From contig NW_024704743.1 in the NCBI RefSeq assembly GCF_018977255.1, positions 73,596,001 through 73,660,000 of the forward strand: DNA of 64,000 nucleotides, written 5' to 3'. The DNA comes from Callorhinchus milii (lineage: Eukaryota). The notes beneath the pieces were generated by a model. That model did no database searches. It saw nothing but the letters and a program-made list of their open reading frames with translations, and was not told the DNA's origin. The position numbers were made by a program, and so were the translations under genes. Shown in pieces: positions 53,133 to 64,000 of this stretch. Within the stretch, counting starts at the first letter, position 1. Each line of letters starts with the position of its first letter.

Positions 53133-53225
53133 AGAGTCCACTTGAATAATTGGTTCATTCAAACAGTATAGTTTGACTCAAGAGTCCACTTGAATAATCG
53201 GTTGGTTCAAACAGTATAGTTTGAC
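53133..53225. repeat. 48-bp tandem duplication
   Basis: agagtccacttgaataat.ggtt..ttcaaacagtatagtttgac at 53133 and 53181. Confidence 0.92.
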
Positions 53226-53419
53226 CTGTAGCCAATCACTCAGTCCAACAGAGGAGCAATTAGGAGCAGGCAGCCTGACTATATTTTCTGATCTGAATGG
53301 TTCTTCCTGGGGCTGAGGAGAGCTCTGTGCAAGTGCAAATAAGTGTATGTGGAGAGCTCTGCTACACAGCAAACCTCAGTCAGTTTTTAATGCTAATAAA
53401 CAACCAAAATCTTCGCTGA

Positions 53420-53730
53420 CAGCCTAGTGGGTAAAGACACAGGTGGTACTGCATTAGGTCACACAAGCCAGAAGGTTTCAGATTCAAATCCTGGAATGTG
53501 CCAAGTCCCACTGAGTTGACCAGGGCAGTCTTGGATCCCTTGGAGTTGGGGAATTAACTAGGTTTCCCATTCCAAATCACCATTCAGCGATTCTTTAACG
53601 GAAGCGTAGGTGTCTGGATATCAGGTGAAGACAGAATCTGTTTGTGATCTGATAATGATGCCTCTTTTATTCTAATAGTCAAGGTTTTCCCATGAATAAT
53701 GGCGACTTGTACATGGTACTAGAGAGAAAG
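53420..53730 (+). mobile_element. Ancient SINE-like element (a different family)
   Basis: Degenerate B-box (aggtttcagattcaaatcctgg) and a body resembling fragments at ~15100, 48600 and 61600. Confidence 0.4.
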
Positions 53731-53859
53731 CTGTGCAAAGAAACCATTTTCCAGTGGAAGGCAAAAGGAGCCAAATGTCTTCAGAAAACTAGCAGAAGGG
53801 AGAAAGTTAGAATGGGGCAAGAACAGGTTCATTAATAACACTAAAGATGGTCTTTTAAA

Positions 53860-54212
53860 ATGTCTTACCCCACCCTACCTCTGTGACCTCCTCAAACCCT
53901 ACCAACCCAGCTGCTCCCTCTGCTTAAAAGCCGGCTTCACGTCTCCCGCCCCACCCTTCCAGATTCAATTGTCACGTTATCAATGTATCTGTCACCATCC
54001 TCTGGAACTCCATCCCTTCGAGTCCCTTGTCTCACTGCTTCCCTTGCCTCTTTCAAGCTCCATCTCAATACCTTCCTCTTTGACTGCACCTTCAGTCATC
54101 TTTCCCCCACTCACTCCCCCCACCTCCACCTTTGGTGCAAACCCTGGACTGTTTTGCACCTTGATACGTCCTCCCAATGTGAAAGGCACTATGTAAATGT
54201 AAATCTGTGTTG
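53860..54212 (+). mobile_element. L2 3' fragment
   Basis: ctctggaactc, FKLHLNTFLF, tail gtgaaaggcactatgtaaatgtaa. Confidence 0.8.
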
Positions 54213-54287
54213 TACTGGCAGTGGTGGGGGTAGAGGGAAGCGGTCCAAAGGAGTAGTGGTTGAATGGATTTGCTCAACTTTCATTTA

Positions 54288-54606
54288 TATAATAATAATA
54301 ATAATCCTTGCATTTGATATAGCGCTTTTCACGTCGGGAGGACGTCCCAAAGCGCTTCACAGAACACACTGTAAAGTGAATTGACTGTATATTTGTGGGC
54401 GAACGCAGCAGCCAATTGCGCACAGCAATGTCCCACAAACAGTTGTAGATTGAAAATGACCAATTTATTATTGTTTTTGTTTTTTGGAGGGATTATTATT
54501 AGGTGTGTGGAGTAAGGAAACTTGCCCAAGGTTTCGCCCTGCCTGGAATTGAACTCAGGTCTCTCACTTGCAAAGTGAGTGCTCTAACCACTGAGCTACA
54601 CGACTC
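54288..54606 (-). mobile_element. Very young full-length SINE (short subtype)
   Basis: Complete antisense copy. Confidence 0.94.
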
Positions 54607-54982
54607 TGAAAAATTTATACTGCAGTGGTCTGAATTGATCTGCTGAAGAAATTACCTTGAGGTAGTCTTGGCCATCAACTTGAATCACTGTGCATCAAGC
54701 CCAATTTTACCAGTTTGTGGGTCATGGGATACACAGTATGAACTAACTACCGAAACGTAGGGTGGCTAATCTTCAACTCATTTTGTCTACAGTTCATATC
54801 CACCTACAACAAAAACCTAGAAATCTGTTTCAAAAAGGTTTTTCAAAGGAAATATCAATAGATCTTATTTATACACAGCTCAACAACGGATCAATGAGGC
54901 AGCACACCACAAGTGTATTTGCCCTTTACAGCCTTCTTAAATATACATTCATTGAAGGAGATGTATGAACTAGGCTTCAGAG

Positions 54983-55170
54983 CAGTGGTGGCCAATTTGT
55001 AGCCCCGTCAAGAAGCATCCCCCTGATCATTCACATAAGTCTACGTAAGTCCGTGTTTGATCTGTAATATGTTTTCAGTTTTTTCTTGATTGAATATTTC
55101 TTGATTTATGGCATATCAAGAATCAAGAAAATTTATTTTGTTGGCCGACCATAAAGATTGACCACCACTG
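54983..55170. mobile_element. Non-autonomous hAT (Charlie-like) MITE
   Basis: TIRs cagtggtggccaat / attgaccaccactg (13/14); 8-bp flanks cttcagag / gtttagaa loosely fit NTCTAGAN. Confidence 0.7.
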
Positions 55171-56014
55171 GTTTAGAAGAAAACAATCTGTGCGCAGCCA
55201 AAGAGAATAAATGAGAACTTTAAAGAAAAGAATGTTAATTAACCATAATTTAGAACCTGTTACAGTACTTCAATTTGCTTGACTGGTTCAATAGCATCTT
55301 TCGGACAACATAATAACAGAAATTATGCTACCACAAGAGGATCATTGGGTTCTGTGAAATACCAACTGCAAAGTTTCACACTTATGGAAGTTAATTAATG
55401 AGGTGCTAATTAATTCCAAGATTTATTTTGCATTAATGTTATTATTCTCTCCAGGAGTCCCGAGGCCCTGCCTGAGGAGAAGTTCAGTGTGTGGCTCTCA
55501 CAGAATAGATAACATTTGCAATGTACATTTATAAAGCATTGTAAGGCTCCTACTGTGTTGATGCTGCTGAGCCACTTAAAACAGATGTGTCTCTGCTATT
55601 CCCAGAGTTGCGGTGCTGTGGAAACTGCCCTGTTTGTAATGACGGGCAGATTCTTGTGCACTGGTAGTGATGCAGAAGTGTACTGTTTGAAAGTCATGAA
55701 TCAAGACTTTTATTTCTGGCTGCTGAATTGTCTCCAATGTTTGGATACGGTTGGTGCATGCCCATCAATGCAGAAACCTCTCGATTGGCCTGTATAAATT
55801 TATACAAAGTCCCTCTAATAACACCCCTTTTTAAAAGCCGATGAGCTCTATCTAATATCATTTGTAATAGCTCATGAAATTAGCCCTGGGAATTATCCTC
55901 ATCAAAACTACATTACCCCACTTCACGGTCATTGATTGTGTCAAGTCCTAGATGCTCCCAATTTTTTTCAATCTGTTTTCAATTGACGGTAGAGACCGTA
56001 CAATACTATAAAAA

Positions 56015-56330
56015 TTCACATTATAGCACCTTTCACATCAGGAGGATGTGCCAACATGCTTAACAGTCTTTGCTTGTCTCCTGAGCTGGGGATGGGAGCT
56101 GAGGGTGGTGGGAGGGGAAAGATGACTGAAACAGTCTTCAAAGATGCAGGTCTTGAGACAAACCTTGAATGAAGTGAGTGAGGGAGCGAGTTGGAGGAAC
56201 ACCGGGATGGAGTTCTAAGAAGGTGGACCAGAGAGATGCTGAATGTCCAATTGCCGATGGTGAAGCAGACAGGGCAGGGGATATGGAACAGCATGACTGA
56301 GAGCAAATTGGAGTAGATTTGTGTTGGTAA
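56015..56330 (-). mobile_element. L2 3' fragment
   Basis: tatagcacctttcacatcaggaggatgt tail and antisense ORF2 end. Confidence 0.75.
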
Positions 56331-56449
56331 GTGGTCTGATGGTTTCTCCCACCTTGCATATCCTGATTAAAAAAAAATGCAATGTGTTCCTTGAGACTAT
56401 GTTAAAAGGCAGACTAGAGATTTGGTTAATTAATGATTGAAAATAACGA

Positions 56450-57930
56450 CAGTGAGCGAGGGTGGGAGTGATGTGATCGCGAAGCCTGGTGCGGGACAGT
56501 ACACGAGCTGCAGAGTTCTGAATGACCTACAGCTTGTGGAGGGAGGTGCCGGGAAGGCCGGTGAGGAGAGAGTTCCCATAGTCCAGCCTTGAGGTGATAA
56601 AGGCGTGGACCAGAGTTTCAGCAGCGTGAGGGGTGAGGTAGTGCCGTAGTCTGGCGATGTTTCGGAGGTGATGGAAGGCGGTGCCAGTTGTGGCGCGGAT
56701 ATGAGGAAGAAAGGACAGCTCAGGTTCGAACAGAACCCCGAGGTTCCTGACGGCTTTGAGAGGTGGAGAGTGCAGCCTTGGATGCTGATGCTGTCGGCGC
56801 CTGAGGTGCGGAGGCGCTGACGTGAGCCAATTAGGAGGGCCTCAGTTTTACGCACATTGAGCTGAAGAAAGTCGTCTCTCGTCCAGGACTCAATGTCAGA
56901 CAGGCAGACTGTCAGGACATCGGTGGTCGTGGAGTTGAGGGTAGAGGAGGAAAGGTAGAGTTGGGTGTCATCCGCATACATGTGGAAGTTAACCCCATGT
57001 CTCGGATGATGTCACCAAGGGGGAGCATATAGAGGGTGAAGAGGAGGGGACCGAGGACAGAGCCCTGAGGGACACCGCACAAGACAGTGCGGGAGCTGGA
57101 GGAGAAGCCGTTTGTGGAAACAAAATGAAGACGGTGGGAGAGGTACGACCTAAACCACTCAAGGACAGGGCCGATAGGTGCCGAATGCTGCCGATAGGTT
57201 GAGGAGGACGAGGAGGCAGAGGGAGCCCTGGTCGCAGATGGTCAGGATGTCATTGGTGACCTTAACCAGGGCGGTTTCTGTGCTATGGGCAGCACGGAAA
57301 CCCGACTGAAGGGGTTCGAATAGTGCATGGGTGGAGAGGAAAGAGCGCAGCTGGGAGGCGACAACTCTTTCAAGGACCTTGGACAGGAAGGGGAGGTTGG
57401 AAATGGGCCGGTAGCTTGATAGCTGCGACGCATCAAGGGAGGGTTTTTTCAAAGTGGGAGTGATGATGGCAGTTTTTAGGGGAATGGGAATGGGAACAGA
57501 GCCAGAGGAGAGGGACAAGTTGATGATGTCTGTGATATGTGGGGCAAGGAGGTGGAGCTGAGAGATAAGGAGTGGAGTGGGGATGGGGTCAAGGGAGCAG
57601 CTGGTGGGTTTCAGGGATAGGATGAGTTTGGTAACATAGGGTGGGGAAACGGGTACGAAGGTGTGTAGGGAGGATGGGTAGGAGTCGGAGTGTGGGAGGG
57701 AGTGGGTGGGGGGTGGAAGTTGGAGGGGGAGTGATCGCGGAGCGGATTCCCTTGATTTTGGATTCAAGGAAATCCAGCATCTCCTCACAGTGAAGGTTGG
57801 AGGAGATGACCTGCACGGGGTGGCGGGGGGGATAGAGGAGTCGGGATGTTGTAGAAAACGGAAGCCTGGGGGTTGTTCTTCGCCTCCAGAATTATCCTGG
57901 AGTAGAAGGACGACTTGGCCGAGGCTAGAG
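56450..57930 (-). mobile_element. L2 ORF2 RT domain, frameshifted
   Basis: [60 protein letters not shown]. Confidence 0.95.
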
Positions 57931-58014
57931 TGGAGCGGAGATGAAACGTTAAACCGAGGTCCTGTCTGCCTTTTCAGGCGTACGTTAAAGAGAAAGGAGT
58001 TTCTCCCAATGCTC

Positions 58015-58277
58015 AAAAGGAAGGTCTTGAGATGGACCTTGAAGGCGAAAGCACTCTGGGATGGAGTTCTAATGGGTGCAAGCAGAAAGACTGAAGGCCC
58101 GAATGTCAATGGTGGGACACGTAGGGTGGGGTGGGGGGGGCATAAGGAAGGCCAGTGCCTACTGAGTGGAGGTAGCAGGCAGGTTGGTAAGGTTTTAGTA
58201 GGTGGGGTGGTGGGGGGGGGGGGGGGAGTAAGATCATGGAGGGCTTTAAAAGTAAGGATGAGGATCTTGAACTTGAT
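58015..58277 (-). mobile_element. L2 3' ORF2 fragment
   Basis: [16 protein letters not shown]...FKVHLKTFL. Confidence 0.85.
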
Positions 58278-60349
58278 AGTCAAGCCTGGACGTGACGAAG
58301 GCCTAGATATGGATTATGACATGGCGTGGAGAGGGCTGCAGTGGGCTTCATGCCCTAGTCTGATCTCTCCTAAACAGGCTGCCACACACCCGAGGAACCA
58401 TTAGAGAGTGCTGAAAAGGGAAGAGAAGAAGGAATCTAAGCTGCTTTTATCCTCCTAACCCTGAAAATCAGGGTGTTCTATGGAAGCGGTGGCTCATATG
58501 ATTCTGCTGGTCAGAATTTTAACACTATGATTTGTAAGGCTGTCCTCAATCAGTTGTTGGCCTCAATGTTTTGCCAGCAACACTTCACCAAACAACCATG
58601 AGGTGAGTAATTAATTATGAGGTTCCAGGACTACAGCCCTCAACAACATCTTGCATTTACAAAGCTCCTTTCACATACTATAAAATCTCAACGTGCTTGA
58701 CAGTGGCAGTCAGAGTCTTTTATTTGAGGATATTCAATTTGGGTTCATATTTACTCTACTTATCTAGTTTTTCAGAGCTTCAAAATTTGGCAAATTCTTA
58801 ACTGTAGCCTTCAATTTGAAGCCAGATTTCTGGAACTTCTTTTCAGAACTACAGAAAACTAACTTCAAAGTTAAATCTAAATTCAACAATCTCGCAAATC
58901 CTGAAATTCTCTGAAATGCTACAAAATAAAGTAAATCTAGACCCAGGTGAAATTTCTTCCCAGTTATGCTTTGCATAATCCACAGGCTTAGCTTTTAACA
59001 TTACAATATAAGAAGGTAAATGCACAGGGAGTACTTTCAAGATAAGGTACTTACACATTTTCGTAAGAACATTTTTAAAAAAATCTCGTACTTTGTTAGA
59101 TACAGAACATTTAATTTATTTTCTGTTCCCTCCCCCCACCTGAGAAGACATACTAAGATCTCCTCAATCATCAGAGAGCCACGATGTAGTTATGGATCTT
59201 TTCTAGTTTTTACATAGAATTACGCAGAATAACACAGCACAGAAACAGGCCATTCGGCCCATCTTGTCCACATGAGCCCTCTCCCCTCCTATTCCTCTAT
59301 CCTATATGTATGCATCAAACTGAACGATAACTGGAAGTAATCAAAGCCGAAAAACTTCAGGAGCTTGACAATAAGAAATGCTAGAGAAAATAACTAGCTT
59401 TAGAAATAACAATGAATAGAATACCACAATGAGATCTCAAGTTTGTTACACATCCATTTCTGTTCCATTTCATTCATTGGGTTTGTGAAAACACGTTTCA
59501 ATTATATTTTAGAAGCCATTTTATACTCATCATGAACATTACATTTCTAAAATTTGCATCAATCCCAACAATTCTATTTTAGCTCTTTAGCTGTGTTGAG
59601 ATGACCAATGCACGCGAATAGCCTTAGATAAATAGCCTTAGATATTCTGAAAGCAAATGCAGAATACAAACTTGGAAGCATTTGTTATAACCTTGGAAGG
59701 ATTTCCTATTACCTTTCTGCTAACACAAAGGCATTTTGTAAGGTATGGCAGGTAAAGTGCTAGAAAATTTGCTAAAATTAGTCTTCAGTGTGCATTTCAC
59801 TGCAATGCAATAAAGGAAGTAACCTATTCAAACAGATCCAAGATTCAACATCTTATTGTTTAACTAATAGAACATAAAATGGTATCAGGTACTAATCAAC
59901 ATCTTGTTTTGTTCACCCAAGGTCATTTACAAAGCTTTTCAAAATAAATCTACTTATCTCATTAATTAAGAATGGAACAGACCACTACACGGGGTAAAAT
60001 CATTCAAAATTTATAGTGTGAGCTCTTAGTGTTCTGGCATATGCTGTCCTTCAACCCACAGATAAGCAGCTGTCTGTCACTTTCAATTCCACATATTCAA
60101 CCTGCCAGGATATATGCTTCTATGATGATGGAATTTATTCCTCTTCAGACATTTTCTATCCCTTACAATAGAGACTTTCTTCCAGTAAGATAAAGACTTA
60201 TAAACAACATGTCTACAACACCAATGCAGTAAACTTCTGATAACTCGTCACTCCAAGGGAAAAAAGCTCAACAATGAGTTGGAATGGCTGGTTAGGCATA
60301 GGTCCTCCCGGGCCACAAGTGGTGAGTCCAAAAAGAGGAGCCCAAAATG

Positions 60350-60560
60350 AGGCAGCATAAGTACAAGACAATAGACCTAAAAAGGAGTTTAGGAGAAACT
60401 TCTTTACTCAGAGGGTGATGACAACGTGGAACTCACTGCCAAAAACTGGGATCCAAGTAGAAAGCATCAACATATTTAAGAGGAAACTTGATGCATAAAT
60501 GGGGGAGAAGGGAATAGAGAGATATATGAGAGAGGGATAGGCTCATGTGGAATACAAGCA
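60350..60560 (+). mobile_element. Old CR1 3' fragment
   Basis: gttaggagaaacttctttactcagagggtgatg..tggaactcactgcc. Confidence 0.75.
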
Positions 60561-61827
60561 CAGACATACAGTAGATGGTAACTAACAATTGGAACATGTT
60601 ACAGGAAGGGTACTGGATGTCAGGACACTGGACTCACTTAAAAAGCAGCTCGATGCCGTGATGGGAAGAATCAGTTCGGATCTTGTAAAATGCATTTTTC
60701 TATCTTTTAATGTTCTATGTAATATTATCCCAGGGTTCATTAAAGCAAACGCACATATTTTGAGAACTCTAGTCCTGAATACAGCAGCAGCAACAATAAT
60801 ATAATACTAATCCTTAATTTTTTGACACAAATGATCAATGTCGGACTAATGCAGAGGATTCAAATTGAACCAATTGACTCCAGACTTGAGGAGGAAAGGA
60901 AGATCCTCTGGACTGAACAATTGATTCTTTTCCCAACTCCAAATTTTTTACAACCTGGAACTAGGAAGCACGATTGCTACTTTTACCTCTGGGAACATCT
61001 GACATAACACTGACAAGCACAGATTGATAAGAGTATTATGAAAAGCTTTCCTCTTATAGGGTAAGGGGATTAATGAAATAGCTTTGGGCAGTTTTGACCT
61101 AGTTCCTGATGAGGATAGGTTCAAAACACAAAGCTCTCTTTAATTTGGCAGCTAAATTGTTATCCTCACTTAAAGGACTTAAGGATTCCTGCTACAGGAA
61201 ATGAAAAGGTCACTTTGCTGCATTGGGAAATATTCCTCAGAGGGAGAGGTTAAGCACTGCTGTTGAAGAATAGTGGTACAACCTGGTACGTGAGGTTCAT
61301 TCACTAAGTTAAGCATGGTGATGGGCTTCATTAGGCCAACTCCCCAAATATGGATAGTGATCAGGACATCCTTGCCTACCCATCCACTCTCTTCAGTCAG
61401 CGAACACTGGTCTGTTTCATGTCCCCCGACCTAAGCTCCCTATTGTCAGCGATTAAGGTTTCAGCCATTCTGCCCCCACTTTCTGGAACTTCAGCCCACT
61501 CCACGATCAAAGCCTGTCTCAAGGCTGCTTTGGGTCATCCTCCCGAAGCGAAAGATGCTATATAAATGCAAATTGTATTGCATCATGAGGATCAGGTAAT
61601 TCTGGCTGCTAGCCCAGGGACACTGAGGCTATTTGTAGGGAACACAAGTGCTGACCTGGGTGAGATCTGGGCTCACCATAAACCAGGTATCTATCTGGTA
61701 TGTAAGGTTCAGATTCACTCTAAGCATAAACTTTAATCAACTCCACCTTTAGAGGTCGTTATGTTGCAGTTTTTAAAATGTAATGCTGGATGAAGGTCAT
61801 TGTACTCTCTTTCTATGCATTTTTTTA

Positions 61828-62092
61828 CCCCTGGAGGGACTCTTCCTGCTTACCTAATTCTGGGAAAGTATTAGGTGCAGGACAGCAAGGGCCAAGGTTT
61901 AGGAACCTCAAGAGTGTCTATGATTTGGCTCTCACCACCCTGCACCTAATATTTTTCAGAATTAGGCGAGCAGGATGCATCCCTCCAGGGAGAGCGTACG
62001 CATTCCATTGACATGCAGGGAATTACCATGTCTAGGTCTGGTTAGGATACTCTTAAGCTTGGGTTTTCTCATGTGTTTCACCACAACAACAA
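61828..62092. repeat. Unclassified repeat copy 3 with inverted partial duplication
   Basis: 61925-62092 matches the 3' part of copies 1 and 2; 61828-61905 is the reverse complement of the same segment. Confidence 0.8.
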
Positions 62093-63057
62093 ATATTTCT
62101 TGCTCGGATTCTGAAGGTAGGATTAAATGCACCCTTCCTTCCTGGATGAATGAATGCTCTGCAATGTTATAACCTTTTCCTCCCTCTGAAAATCAATAAA
62201 CTTGAAATTGCAGAAGTTATTGGACTGCATCACGGTCCAACAAATAATAGGGAAAAAGTTTAATTTAAAAATTACTTTTGCTGTTCTACTACACAAAATT
62301 AAGGCAAACAAAAGTTCTTAATTACAATTTCTTAAAATTTCTTGCTCCCACCCACACACACATCAAATAAGTTTTGTTTTATCACATAATAAAAAAGATA
62401 TTTTATCCACAAAAATAAAGCCAGGTATATACTTTTTTGGGTCATTTTCAGAGCTAAATCTAAAGTCTTGAGAGGAAGCAGAATGCCTGCACAACTGTCT
62501 TTTTTGATAAGAAAATGCATCTCATCATTTCCATTTGTATTTTCCTGAAGGATTCAACTTTGCCACTAAACAAACATGCTTTGCATGGTCAGTATCCTGC
62601 ATGAAACCAACCTTGTCTGTTCTAGTACACATGAAATGTTCAGCTGACAGTACAGATGCACTGAAACACTAATAAATAATTAAAGAGACCACTTATACAT
62701 GTGCTCAACAGGAAGGTAATGATCCATGCCTTTTCTGAACTGCAGTATTTAATCCGTAAAAGTAACTCCAAGGGGGAAGGCCTATTTATAGGAGCATTCT
62801 TTCATAAAAGAGCTCCTAGGCATATTCAAAATAAATGCTGGTCTCCTTTAAAGCTATTAACAATAGGAAAACATATTTTTTAAACATTAATGTTCAACAC
62901 AATTACACATTTTAATATCTGCATGTAGAAATGTATTGCTTTAATTTCTGTGGGAGGATTTTCAATTTTTATCTTAAAATATGTTTCAATTTCTGTGAAT
63001 CTTCAAATCTGCCCCTTACTTCGCATTTGCAGCAGAGCCCTGTTATAACAGCATTTG

Positions 63058-63365
63058 CAGCAGAGCCCTGTTATAACACAGTAGTTGGGGGGGGTGTCAA
63101 TAAAATCCCGAACAGCGTTATAATGGGCGGTGATCTCCGTTGCTGCTTCCACATTCAGTGCACATACATGAAAAACAGAAAAACACCTGTTTTCCCCCAT
63201 ACCGGGTCAGCTTCCTAAGCCAAAAATACCCCAAGGTCACTTGATGCATGCTGCTCATGACGTTCGACTTTTTGCATGCATTTTTGATTTTTTTGGTAAA
63301 TAAATGACAGACTCTACATCCCAACCGTGCTACAGTTGAACCCACATTATCACGGGGTCCCACTG
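63058..63365. mobile_element. Tc1/mariner(Tigger)-like MITE, old
   Basis: Imperfect TIRs cagcagagccctgttataa / ttatcacggggtcccactg; internal gcgttataa subterminal echo. Confidence 0.55.
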
Positions 63366-63904
63366 TTTAAATTTGCACGTGTTTTACTATATTTGGGACG
63401 AGGAGTCAAAATACTTATTCACAGTAAATTAAGTGATAAATCCCACTTTGTTTTTTAACTGTTGCTGCTGTCATTGAGAGCCAAGTTTGAGGTTTCTACG
63501 TGTAACTGTAAATTAAATATTTCCAGAGTGATGTGATGGATTGTCGGGGCAGTTATTGGCAGAATGAAAGTGAACATGGAGATAAATAGAAAAATCAATG
63601 CTGGTCACTACACACCTTACAGAAATATCAATATAAACTCACCCAAGGGCAAGTCACATTTTGGGAACTGAAGGACGTGATAGTACAAAACCCTTGAGAT
63701 GTTACTGCAATCTCTCACCTCCCACCCCACTCCCATCAAAAATCACCTCTAGTCTATCCCTTGGTAATCTTGTAATAATCATGTCACAATTATTCAACTA
63801 TTTGATCTGATGCTAGCGTGTAGCAAATGCATAATACAATAGGCCAGAAAAAGATCTTCATGATGTCCATCAGTAGCAAAAAAAGGAAACATAACATCCT
63901 ACAA

Positions 63905-64000
63905 TTGCTTTACTTCATGGCTGTTTGGGAGACATTACTGTGCACAAATTGGCTGCTGTGTTTGCCTACAAAATACAGTAACTAGACTTTACGGATTCTG
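63905..64000 (+). mobile_element. Deu-domain SINE fragment running off the window
   Basis: gctgtttgggagacattactgtgcacaaattggctgctgtgtttgcc. Confidence 0.75.

Noticed and set aside
52798..54529. Repeated 66-aa MGKFPYSTH.. ORFs as a small gene family
   Set aside because: They are SINE-internal reading frames.
57159..58283. Longest ORF (374 aa, minus strand) as a gene
   Set aside because: Chance read-through across an L2 3' piece, a SINE fragment (~57935-58010) and an L2 RT piece; domain order is scrambled.
2798..61130. Other CTGATGA motifs (~2799, 16281, 43880, 61107) as hammerheads or C/D boxes
   Set aside because: No correctly placed helix II plus GAAA, or terminal stem with a D box.
1..64000. 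CRISPR array or prokaryotic/viral insert
   Set aside because: No regularly spaced repeat-spacer array and no gene-dense segment; the recognisable long ORFs are LINE-derived.

Overview
AT-rich, CpG-depleted vertebrate DNA with no recognisable host protein-coding gene; most likely a large intron or intergenic region. The repeat mix (CR1 and L2 LINEs, tRNA-headed Deu-domain SINEs with L2-type tails, a Penelope-like terminus) suggests a cartilaginous fish, possibly a chimaera; this is inferred from repeat content and was not verified. The long ORFs that can be assigned are decayed LINE ORF2 pieces, their antisense frames, or SINE/microsatellite read-through. I found no convincing new protein-coding system. 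Best second-look items: (1) a CpG-rich multi-hairpin segment at ~47.93-48.10 kb with a 12-bp stem and a GAAA tetraloop; (2) three unrelated direct-repeat pairs all spaced 628-641 bp and each abutting the 5' end of a retroposon; (3) an unclassified repeat with three copies, one folded back on itself; (4) a minimal Penelope-type hammerhead ribozyme with a core mutation; (5) an isolated ~32-bp-stem hairpin; (6) a motif-dense candidate promoter/enhancer at 51.3-51.6 kb. Repeat boundaries were read by eye and are approximate (about 10-30 bp).
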